Source of the DNA: Pseudomonadota bacterium
GTDB lineage: Bacteria; Desulfobacterota; Desulfovibrionia; Desulfovibrionales; Desulfovibrionaceae
NCBI GenBank assembly: GCA_023411815.1
Contig: JAEYOJ010000076.1
Span: 57,579 to 81,578, forward strand
Length of the DNA: 24,000 bases
Direction: 5' to 3'
The position numbers were made by a program, and so were the translations under genes. The notes beneath the pieces are model-generated. The model saw only the letters and a program-made list of their open reading frames with translations, had not been told where the DNA came from and did no database searches. Positions 6,192 through 15,527 of this stretch are shown here, one piece after another; within the stretch, counting starts at the first letter, position 1; each line of letters begins with the position of its first letter.

Positions 6192-6400
6192 CTCAATACC
6201 CCGCCATGCCGTCCGCCGGCCTTCCTTCCGCTCCGCCCCTGCGCCGGGCCGGGGCCTTGCGGCCGGGCTCCTCGGCGGCCAGGGCCGCGTACTGCAGGGC
6301 GTCGTGAATGTGGCTGTACTGGTTTTTCAGGGGCCGCTCGGCGAAGCGCTCCTCGCCGCCGGACATGACCGGCAGGCGTTCGTAGCGGTAGCCGGACAGG
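6192..6400 (-). repeat. Direct-repeat copy 2 (functional terL 3' end), partner of 4272-4480
   Basis: The offset between the copies is exactly 1920 bp. Homology starts at the stop codon (ctcaatacc...) and ends at ...gccggacag. Confidence 0.85.
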
Positions 6401-7641
6401 AAGCCCTTGCGCAGCAGCGTGCAGCTCGGGGAGAGCAGAAAAGCCGGGGCGTCCGCCTCACCGCCGGCCAGGAACCCGGCCACGGCCTCGCGCCGGGCCG
6501 TGAAGTCGTTGCTGCGCGCGGGCTGGGTCGGGATGCCCGCGGCGGCCAGCTCGTCCATGCAGGTGCGCTCGTCGGTCTGGGCGCGGGCCCGGCCAGCCGG
6601 GTCGCCGTGGCTCTGCACGGACAGCCCGGCGAAGCGCGAGCGCAGGGCCGGGGCCACGACCTCGCGGGCGAAGCGGCGGATGCCCGTGCCCTGCCCCGCG
6701 AATTCGGCCAGCACGAGCAGCCTGCCACCGGGCGCGAGCTGCGTCGCCACGCAGGCCGGGGTCAGGCCGAAGTCCCAGCCCAGCAGGAGCGGCACGCCCG
6801 GCAGTGCTGCGAGATCCTGCCGCGCCAAATGGCGCTCGTCGTCGTACTCCGGGTACACGGGCCTGCCCTCGGCTACGCAGCCGTAGCGGCCTTGCAGGTA
6901 GACCGCGACCCACTGGCGGCTCTTGCCCGCGGCCTGGCGCAGCCAGTACTCGCCGCCCAGCGGCTGGTGACGCAGGTTCTCGGCCAGCGGGTTGAGCGCG
7001 AACCCTTCTTTCATCTCGACCAGAGCGGCCGGCTGTCTAAAGAATTCCCAGCCCTCGGGCCGCCGCTCCTCGGCCAGCCTGTGCCACCAGTGGCCTTCGT
7101 CGGGAGGGTTGCTGTCCATGACGAGCCCGGACCAGCTCGGCCCGCCTAGCCGCTTGGGCGGATAGCGGCCCACGCGGCCCAGCAGGGCGTCGAGCACGGC
7201 CTTGTCCACCTCGCGCGCCTCGTTGACCCAGGCCCCGGTCAGCTCCAGGGACAGGAGTTTGCGCGCGTCGTCGGCGCTGTCCAAAGCCAGGAAGAGCGCC
7301 TCCATGTCCAGGCGCGTGCCGTCGGCCAGCGGAGCGGCCATGCGCGCCGTGAGCGGCGCGCTGCCGCGCACCGGGCAGACCTGCGCCGGAGCCCAGTCGG
7401 CCCAGGTCTTGAGCGTGGTGGTGCGCAGCTCGGGATAGGTGTTGCGCACCACGGCGAAGCGCGTGCGCCGCACGCCGTCCGGGCCGGGCCGCTGGCGCGC
7501 GGCGCGCAGCAGCAGCTCCACGCACATGGCCGAGGACTTGCCCGAGCCCACCGGCCCCATGACCCCGCGCACGAAGGCCCGGCTGCGATGGAAGCGCGCC
7601 AGGGTCGGCTCGGCGCGGTAGCCCACGACAAGTTCGCTCAT
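6193..7641 (-). CDS. terL: Phage terminase large subunit (TerL)
   Basis: 482 aa. GGGGAGG RBS and an ATGA overlap with terS. Walker A is GPVGSGKS, followed by VVRNTYPELRTTT. The candidate Walker B region is LTGAWVNEA. RNase-H-like nuclease motifs: LLLGWDFGLTP, HGDPAG, HIHDALQYA. Confidence 0.9.
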   Translation of the reverse strand: MSELVVGYRAEPTLARFHRSRAFVRGVMGPVGSGKSSAMCVELLLRAARQRPGPDGVRRTRFAVVRNTYPELRTTTLKTWADWAPAQVCPVRGSAPLTARMAAPLADGTRLDMEALFLALDSADDARKLLSLELTGAWVNEAREVDKAVLDALLGRVGRYPPKRLGGPSWSGLVMDSNPPDEGHWWHRLAEERRPEGWEFFRQPAALVEMKEGFALNPLAENLRHQPLGGEYWLRQAAGKSRQWVAVYLQGRYGCVAEGRPVYPEYDDERHLARQDLAALPGVPLLLGWDFGLTPACVATQLAPGGRLLVLAEFAGQGTGIRRFAREVVAPALRSRFAGLSVQSHGDPAGRARAQTDERTCMDELAAAGIPTQPARSNDFTARREAVAGFLAGGEADAPAFLLSPSCTLLRKGFLSGYRYERLPVMSGGEERFAERPLKNQYSHIHDALQYAALAAEEPGRKAPARRRGGAEGRPADGMAGY

Positions 7642-8321
7642 CGGCCGGCCTCCCCGTCGCTGCCTGCGGCCTGGGCTTCATCGTCCAGGCGGATGTCGAA
7701 GCGCACCAGCAGCGGCTCGTCGGCCTCGTCGCCGGACCGCCCCGACTGGCCGGACTGGCCGAGCAGGCCCAGCACCTTGGCCAGCAGCTCCCAGGCCTTG
7801 ATCCTGTTGGCCTGGCCCGGGTCCTTGCCCTCGCCGCTGGCCTCCTCGTACAGCCCGGACACGACCATCTCGCGCGTTACGTTGGTTACCGGCGGTGTAG
7901 CTGGAGAGGGGCTCTGCCCCTCTCCAGACCTCTCCCCGCCAGGGCGTGACGACGCCCTGGACCCGCGATGTTGCGTGGCGGTCGGCTCGGGGGCTTGCGG
8001 ATGTTCGAGCGCTGGTTGTGCGCTTTGGGCATGGGATTGGTCTTGAAACCCTTCAAGACAGCTTATCGTATCGTCCAGCGACTCCGCGAAGCGTCCCACA
8101 CCCGAACTACGCGGGTCCAGGGGGCCGTTGCCCCCTGGTGGGAGGGGTCTGGGGAGGGCGACGCCCTCCCCGGCTCTTGCTTTCGCCTCCAGCAATCGTC
8201 CTGCAGTGAACGCGGCCAGGCGCTCGTCGTAGCTTGCCGCCACGGCCGCGCGCGCCCCGTCGCCGCAGCGTTCGTACTCCGCGAAAAACCGCTCCTGCCG
8301 CTCCTTTGTCCCCTTGCGCAT
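7638..8321 (-). CDS. terS: Phage terminase small subunit (TerS) carrying a ~90-aa low-complexity insertion
   Basis: ATG at 8321 with a GGAGGGTG RBS. The N-terminus KERQERFFAEYERCGDGARAAVAASYDERLAAFTAGRLLE matches the usual TerS HTH pattern (KQErF..EY....na..Aa..AGYs...A...a.rLL). The C-terminus is ANRIKAWELLAKVLGLL. The middle part (7901-8173) is encoded by REP-like repeats. Confidence 0.75.
   Translation of the reverse strand: MRKGTKERQERFFAEYERCGDGARAAVAASYDERLAAFTAGRLLEAKARAGEGVALPRPLPPGGNGPLDPRSSGVGRFAESLDDTISCLEGFQDQSHAQSAQPALEHPQAPEPTATQHRGSRASSRPGGERSGEGQSPSPATPPVTNVTREMVVSGLYEEASGEGKDPGQANRIKAWELLAKVLGLLGQSGQSGRSGDEADEPLLVRFDIRLDDEAQAAGSDGEAGR
7901..8173. repeat. Inverted pair of REP-like two-hairpin elements (MITE-like) inside terS
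   Basis: Copy B at 7901-7967 (ctggagagggg-ctctg-cccctctccag ... ccagggcg-tgacga-cgccctgg-acccgcg). Copy C at 8110-8173 is the same architecture in reverse complement. They flank a ~140-bp core. Confidence 0.6.
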
Positions 8322-8333
8322 GCCGCACCCTCC

Positions 8334-8366
8334 AAAAAAGAAGCGGGGAGGCTTGCGCCTCCCCGC
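8334..8366 (-). terminator. Intrinsic terminator-like hairpin immediately upstream of the terS RBS
   Basis: Minus strand: GCGGGGAGGC-GCAA-GCCTCCCCGC-TTCTTTTTT, running directly into GGAGGGTGCGGC-ATG (terS). Perfect 10-bp GC-rich stem, GNRA-type tetraloop and a T-tract. Confidence 0.6.
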
Positions 8367-8787
8367 GTTGCATGGGCCGGATTGCCCCATCAGGCTTTTA
8401 TAATAGCATAATTGCGCTGAATGCGCCAGTCTGGCTGTCGCTTATTAGTTGAATGCTCGGTCAGGAAACAGCATCAACTCCTGCCTGCCGGTTTAGGCCA
8501 GCCATCCAATTCGCAGGCCCAAACAGTAGCAAAGGATTCCAAGTTCCGCAGGACATCGTTTTCTTTCTTTACGGCGTTTTTATCTTGCTCGGACATAGCC
8601 TGCTATATATGGTTTCCAATAGAGTTCCATCCAACGCCGGCAGTTAAGTACGCGATATCCTTAAATCCGGATGAATGGAGGCGGCTGAATATTTGTATAC
8701 GTCTCTTCTCCTGCTCCACACGGGCAAGGCATGCCGAAGTTACGATACGCGCCCATTCCAGAAGAGCCCTGGAAGGATCAATGCTTG

Positions 8788-8816
8788 TTGAAGCAGGAAA
8801 AATATGTTATTATAAT
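8788..8816 (+). promoter_or_regulatory. Sigma70-type promoter candidate for the stressosome operon
   Basis: TTGAAG (8788-8793), a 17-nt spacer, then TATAAT (8811-8816), in an AT-rich region about 75 nt upstream of the rsbR-like ATG. Confidence 0.45.
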
Positions 8817-8890
8817 AGATTATATTGCAATTCAAATTTGAGAGATAGCTACATTGCTCCGAGTGCATACTTGAAGAGTTGGAGGACAGA

Positions 8891-9763
8891 ATGCCAAAGA
8901 CGGATAATGCAGTCATTCAGATGATCAGGGACAAAAAGAAGCAAATCCTGGAGGCCTGGCTGAAGGCCCAGTATGAAAGCAAGGTCATCAGGCTGGACCT
9001 CATCAACAAGGGCGAGCTGGCGACCCAGTCCGAGGAGTTCCTCGATGCCTTCGTGGACGCCCTCAAGACCGGGAATTTCGAGGACATCGCGGCCCCCGAG
9101 TACAAGTCCGTGGTCCAGATGCTCGGCGACATCTCCAGGTCGCGGACCAGGCAGGGCTTCAGTCCGACCGAAACCGCCACCTACGTCTTCAGCCTCAAGG
9201 ACACGCTCCTTGAATTTCTGCAGGACGAGTTCCGCGACAGGCCCGGCGAACTGAATGCACAGATCACCAAGTTCTCCAAGCTGCTCGACAGCCTGGGTCT
9301 CGTGACCTTCGAGTCCTACACGCACGGCCGCGAGGACATCATCCAGCGTCAGCAGCAGGAGATCCTCGAGCTTTCCACCCCGGTCATCCGCATCTGGAAG
9401 GGCGTGCTCTCGGTCCCGCTCATCGGCACGCTCGACAGCGCGCGCACCCAGATCATCATGGAGAACCTCCTGCAGCAGATCGTGGCCACCGAGTCCTCCG
9501 TGGCCATCCTCGACATCTCGGGCGTGCCGGCGGTGGACACCCTGGTGGCCCAGCACCTCCTCAAGACCGTCAGCGCGGCGCGGCTCATGGGCGCCGAGTG
9601 CATCATCAGCGGCATCCGGCCCGAGATCGCCCAGACCATGGTCAACCTCGGCGTGGACATCAACGTGAAGACCAAGGCCACCTTGGGCGAGGCGCTCAAG
9701 GAGGCCTTTACCCTGGTAGGCCTGCGAGTCGTCCGCAACGAGGTCGCATCCGAGAGGCGCTAG
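8891..9763 (+). CDS. rsbR: RsbR-like stressosome sensor protein (N-terminal sensory domain + C-terminal STAS)
   Basis: ATG at 8891 with a GGAGGA RBS at 8881; the track's TTG start at 8879 is rejected. STAS region: LSTPVIRIWKGVLSVPLIGTLDSARTQ...ILDISGVPAVDTLVAQHLL...GAECIISGIRPEIAQTMVNLG. The stop abuts the next start (TAGATG). Confidence 0.85.
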   Translation: MPKTDNAVIQMIRDKKKQILEAWLKAQYESKVIRLDLINKGELATQSEEFLDAFVDALKTGNFEDIAAPEYKSVVQMLGDISRSRTRQGFSPTETATYVFSLKDTLLEFLQDEFRDRPGELNAQITKFSKLLDSLGLVTFESYTHGREDIIQRQQQEILELSTPVIRIWKGVLSVPLIGTLDSARTQIIMENLLQQIVATESSVAILDISGVPAVDTLVAQHLLKTVSAARLMGAECIISGIRPEIAQTMVNLGVDINVKTKATLGEALKEAFTLVGLRVVRNEVASERR

Positions 9764-10159
9764 ATGGACAAGATCCCCATTCTCAGGATGGGCCCGTTCC
9801 TCCTGGTGACCATCCAGGTGGACATGCACGACCGGCTGGCCATGACGCTCCAGGACGACCTGACGCGCATGGTCGGCGCGAGCGGCGCAAAGGGCGTGCT
9901 CATCGACATCTCGGCCCTGGACATCGTGGATTCCTTCATGGGCCGCATGCTGGGCAGCATCGCCTCCATGACCCGCATCATGGACGCCGAGACCGTGGTC
10001 GTGGGCATGCAGCCCGCGGTGGCCATCACGCTCGTGGAACTGGGGCTGTCCCTGCCCGGAGTGCTCACGGCGCTCAACGTGGACAAGGGCATGGAGATGC
10101 TCACGCAGCGCCTGGGGCTGGCCGCGAGAGACGGCAAGGCGACGCATGAAGACGACTGA
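9764..10159 (+). CDS. rsbS: RsbS-like single-STAS stressosome scaffold protein
   Basis: 131 aa. IPILRMGPFLLVTIQ...LIDISALDIVDSFMGRML...VVVGMQPAVAITLVELGL is collinear with B. subtilis RsbS as I recall it. Ser57 in the VDSF motif aligns with the phospho-acceptor. Confidence 0.9.
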   Translation: MDKIPILRMGPFLLVTIQVDMHDRLAMTLQDDLTRMVGASGAKGVLIDISALDIVDSFMGRMLGSIASMTRIMDAETVVVGMQPAVAITLVELGLSLPGVLTALNVDKGMEMLTQRLGLAARDGKATHEDD

Positions 10160-10550
10160 GCTGGAGGCCCTGCGGGTAGCCGACGAGGCCGGAATCGTCA
10201 GCGCCAGGCGTCTGGCGCGCGATCACGCCGTGCGGCTCGGCTTCAGCCTGGTGAACCAGACCAAGCTGGTGACGGCAGTGAGCGAGCTGGCCCGCAACAT
10301 GGTCGTTTACGCGGGAGGCGGAATTGTCCGCATCGAGGAGATCGCGAGCGGGATGAGGCGAGGTCTGCGAATAACCTTTCAGGACAGCGGCCCGGGCATA
10401 CAGGACATCGAGCTGGCCATGCGCGACGGCTATACGACCGGCGGCGGGCTCGGGCAGGGATTGCCCGGCTCCAAGCGCCTGGTGAGCGAGTTCACCATCA
10501 ACTCACGGGTGGGCGTCGGGACGACCGTGACCATCACCCACTGGAAATAG
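10146..10550 (+). CDS. rsbT: RsbT-like serine/threonine kinase (GHKL, HATPase_c_2)
   Basis: 134 aa with a 14-nt overlap with rsbS. Motifs: VTAVSELARNMVVYAGGG, FQDSGPGIQD, GGGLGQGLPGSKRL, GVGTTVTITHW. Confidence 0.9.
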   Translation: MKTTELEALRVADEAGIVSARRLARDHAVRLGFSLVNQTKLVTAVSELARNMVVYAGGGIVRIEEIASGMRRGLRITFQDSGPGIQDIELAMRDGYTTGGGLGQGLPGSKRLVSEFTINSRVGVGTTVTITHWK

Positions 10551-11594
10551 ATGCGCACAATGTTGAGCGGCCTCAAGGCGCACGAGCGGTTTCCCGTCTC
10601 CGAGTCCAGCCAGGTGGGCAGCCTGCGCCGCGCGGTGGCCGCCCTGGCCCGCGGTCAGGGCATGGGCCAGGAGCAGGCGGCCAGGGCCGCGATAATGGCC
10701 ACGGAGATGGGCACCAACCTCGTCAAGCATGCGCGGGGCGGGGGCGAGGTGCTCGTGCGCTCCATCTCCGGAGGGCCGGGCGGGCTGGAACTGCTGAGCC
10801 TGGACAAGGGCCCAGGCATGGAGAACCCGGCCCGCATGCTCCAGGACGGGGTCTCCACCACCGGCAGCCCCGGAACCGGCCTGGGCGCGCTCAAGCGGCT
10901 CTCCAACGAGTTCGGGATCTACTCCCGCCTCGGGTCGGGCACCGCCGTCTTCGTGCGCTTATGGGCCAGGGACCATGACCTCCAGCCGATCGCCGCTCCC
11001 TGCGAAATGGGCATGGTCATGCTGCCCAAGCCGGGCGAGGAGGCCTGCGGCGACGGCTGGTGCATCTCGCCCGCCGAGGGCAGGCTGACGGTGCTGGTCA
11101 GCGACGGGCTCGGCCATGGCCCGCTGGCGGCCGCGGCCTCCCAGGAGGCCATCCGCGCCTTCAGCGAAAGGCCGGATCTCGCGCCGACCGAAACGGTGAG
11201 CATGGTCCATGAGCGCCTGCGGCGCACTCGCGGGGCGGCCGTGGCCGTGGCCGATGTCCACGCCGGTCGGGCCGCTCTGGACTATGCCGGCATCGGCAAC
11301 ATCGCGGGCAGGATCATGCGCCCGGACGGCGCCATGACGAGCCTCGTGTCCATGAGCGGGATCGTCGGCCACCAGATCGGCAGAATGCAGGCGTTCTCCT
11401 ACGCCTGGGGCGAGGGCGACCTGCTGATCATGAACTCCGACGGATTGCGCACGGCCTGGGACCTGTCGGCCTATCCCGGCCTGGAAAACCAGCATGCGGC
11501 CGTCATCGCCGGCGTCCTGTACCGGGACTTCACCCGCGGCAGCGACGACGTCGCGGTCGTCGCAGTGCGGGCGGGGCGGGGCGGACGGCCATGA
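10551..11594 (+). CDS. ATP-binding SpoIIE/PP2C-family phosphatase (RsbT/RsbW-like ATPase domain fused to RsbX-like phosphatase)
   Basis: 347 aa. The N-terminal half has GHKL motifs (ATEMGTNLVKHA, LDKGPGMEN, GTGLGALKRL). The C-terminal half is PP2C-like (GEEACGDGWCI...LVSDGLGHGPLAAAAS...ADV...NSDGL). Its ATG directly follows the rsbT TAG. Confidence 0.85.
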   Translation: MRTMLSGLKAHERFPVSESSQVGSLRRAVAALARGQGMGQEQAARAAIMATEMGTNLVKHARGGGEVLVRSISGGPGGLELLSLDKGPGMENPARMLQDGVSTTGSPGTGLGALKRLSNEFGIYSRLGSGTAVFVRLWARDHDLQPIAAPCEMGMVMLPKPGEEACGDGWCISPAEGRLTVLVSDGLGHGPLAAAASQEAIRAFSERPDLAPTETVSMVHERLRRTRGAAVAVADVHAGRAALDYAGIGNIAGRIMRPDGAMTSLVSMSGIVGHQIGRMQAFSYAWGEGDLLIMNSDGLRTAWDLSAYPGLENQHAAVIAGVLYRDFTRGSDDVAVVAVRAGRGGRP

Positions 11595-13003
11595 GCCTGC
11601 CTATCCTGCAGCTCGACATCCGCTCCCAGGAGGACTTCATCCTGGCGCGCCAGCGCGCGAGAAAGATAGCCTCCCTGGCCGGCTTTTCGGTGCAGGACCA
11701 GACCCGCATCACCACCGCGGTTTCGGAGATAGTGCGCTACACCCTCCAGCATGCCGCCTCCGCCGATCTCAATTTCCGCATAGCCGGACCCGAGGAGTCG
11801 TCAAGGCTAGAAATTTCCATCCAGGCCCCTGAAAATGGCGCTGAGCGCACGCGCGAGATATTCCAGGACCCTTCCGGCAGGCTGAAGGAGTTGGGCGTCC
11901 TTGGAGCCCAGCGGCTCATGGACGATTTCCGGGTGATTGATCAGGACGGCTCGGGCCTGTTCCTGTACATGGACAAGCTGCTGCCGCCCGGCAAGCCCTA
12001 CATTACGCCTGGGATCATCGCCAAGTGGCGCGACATCCTCATGCACGAGGTTCCGGATTCGCCCATCAAGGAACTTGAACGGCAGAACCGGGAAATGCTT
12101 CGGACCCTGGAGGAGCTTCGCGCCAAGGAGCTTGAGCTGGCCCGCCAGCTAAAAGAGGCGGACAGACTGAACAGGGAGTTGGACCGGACGAACCAAGGTG
12201 TCATCTCCTTGTATAACGAGATCGAGAACAAGAACAGCAATCTCAGGCACGAGATAGCCGAGCGCGAGGCCGCCGAGGAGAAGCTCGGGGTGACCATGCA
12301 GGAGCTGGAGCGCTCCAACGCCGAGCTTGAGAGTTTCGCCTATGTGGCCTCGCACGACTTGCAAGAGCCGTTGCGCATGATCACCAGTTTCCTGCAGCTC
12401 CTGGAGGCCGAGCTTTCCGGCAAGCTCGACGCCGAGGCGCGGGAGTACATCCAGTTCGCGGTCGGCGGGGCGACCCGCATGCAGAAGCTCATCGAGGACC
12501 TGCTCACCTATTCGCGGATCGGCAGGAAGGGCATGTCCTTCACGGACACGGACCTCGGCCGCATCCTGGACGTGGTCGTCGAGGATATCGGCCGCCTGGT
12601 CGCCGAGACAGGGACCACGATCGCCAGGGACAACCTGCCCACGGTGCATGCGGACCCGACCCAGATGATGCAGCTCCTTTCGAACCTCGTGCGGAACGCC
12701 ATCAAGTTCCGCAAGCCAGACGAGCCGCCTTTGGTCAGGGTAGGCGGGCGGGAGGACTCGAACGAGTGGGTCGTGTGGGTGGCGGACAACGGCATCGGCA
12801 TCGAGCGGCAGTATTTCGAGCGCATCTTCGTCATCTTCCAGCGCCTGCACGCCAGGGACGAATACCCGGGCACGGGCATAGGCCTGGCTGTCTGCAAGCG
12901 CATCGCGGAGCGCCACGGCGGCCGCATCTGGGTCGAATCCGAGCCGGGCCGGGGATCGACCTTCTACTTTTCCATCCCCAAAGGTCAGGAGCAGAGAGCT
13001 TGA
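11591..13003 (+). CDS. Sensor histidine kinase with an N-terminal degenerate RsbT-like domain and a coiled coil
   Basis: 470 aa with an ATGA overlap upstream. N-terminus: ILARQRARKIASLAGFSVQDQTRITTAVSEIVRYTL (an RsbT-like helix, but no clear DxGxG box). Coiled coil around residues 160-240. HisKA FAYVASHDLQEPLR. HATPase motifs NLVRNAIKF, DNGIGI, GTGIGLAVCKRI. Confidence 0.85.
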   Translation: MSLPILQLDIRSQEDFILARQRARKIASLAGFSVQDQTRITTAVSEIVRYTLQHAASADLNFRIAGPEESSRLEISIQAPENGAERTREIFQDPSGRLKELGVLGAQRLMDDFRVIDQDGSGLFLYMDKLLPPGKPYITPGIIAKWRDILMHEVPDSPIKELERQNREMLRTLEELRAKELELARQLKEADRLNRELDRTNQGVISLYNEIENKNSNLRHEIAEREAAEEKLGVTMQELERSNAELESFAYVASHDLQEPLRMITSFLQLLEAELSGKLDAEAREYIQFAVGGATRMQKLIEDLLTYSRIGRKGMSFTDTDLGRILDVVVEDIGRLVAETGTTIARDNLPTVHADPTQMMQLLSNLVRNAIKFRKPDEPPLVRVGGREDSNEWVVWVADNGIGIERQYFERIFVIFQRLHARDEYPGTGIGLAVCKRIAERHGGRIWVESEPGRGSTFYFSIPKGQEQRA

Positions 13004-13440
13004 TGATCAGGGACAGGAAACCCACGATCCTCTTGATCGAGGACAACCCGGGCGATGTCCGCCTGACGCGCAAGGCGATCGAAAGAGGCAAGATCGAGGC
13101 CGAGCTCGTCGTGGCCAGGGACGGGGTCGAAGCCATGGCCTACCTGCGCCGGGAAGGGCGACCCGCCGGGGTGCGCTTGCCGGACCTAGTGCTTCTCGAT
13201 CTCAACTTGCCTAAAAAGGATGGCCGGGAGATACTGGCCGAGATAAAGCAGGACCCGCAGCTCAGGGCCATTCCCGTCATCGCCCTCACCAGCTCCAAGT
13301 CGGAGAACGACATCGCCAGAAGCTATCAGCTGCACGCCAACAGCTACATCATCAAACCTTCCAGTTGGGAAGAATACGAACGCGTGATCTCGGCTGCGTT
13401 GGCGTACTGGCTGGGCATTGCCGTGCTGCCGGAAAGGTAA
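13003..13440 (+). CDS. Stand-alone receiver-domain response regulator (CheY-like)
   Basis: 145 aa with a TGATG overlap with the kinase stop. ILLIEDNPGDV...DLVLLDLNLPKKDG...IPVIALTSS...YIIKP. Confidence 0.9.
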   Translation: MIRDRKPTILLIEDNPGDVRLTRKAIERGKIEAELVVARDGVEAMAYLRREGRPAGVRLPDLVLLDLNLPKKDGREILAEIKQDPQLRAIPVIALTSSKSENDIARSYQLHANSYIIKPSSWEEYERVISAALAYWLGIAVLPER

Positions 13441-13443
13441 GCG

Positions 13444-15420
<1,977 letters not shown>

Positions 15421-15527
15421 GCCCCGGGAACCAGCCTGGGACCGGGCAGGCCGGAAGCGCTTCCTTGGCCCGCCCACGGCCCACGCCGGGCCTTGTCTCG
15501 CGCGCGACCGGCGCATAGGGAAAACCC

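Noticed and set aside
7638-8390. Longer terS form starting at 8390 (250 aa).
   Set aside because: The extra 23 codons are translated through the terminator hairpin and the RBS. The ATG at 8321 has a proper GGAGG and begins the conserved TerS N-terminus.
8474-8596. 40-codon minus-strand ORF (MSEQDKNAVKKENDVLRNLESFATVWACELDGWPKPAGRS).
   Set aside because: The sequence looks protein-like, but the ORF is short, lacks a clear RBS and shows no recognisable family. It cannot be supported from sequence alone and may be a pseudogene fragment.
8421-8924. 167-aa plus-strand ORF (and 8453-8647) in the AT-rich spacer.
   Set aside because: The composition is Cys/Arg/Ser-rich and noise-like, there is no RBS, and the ORF runs across the promoter and start of the rsbR-like gene.
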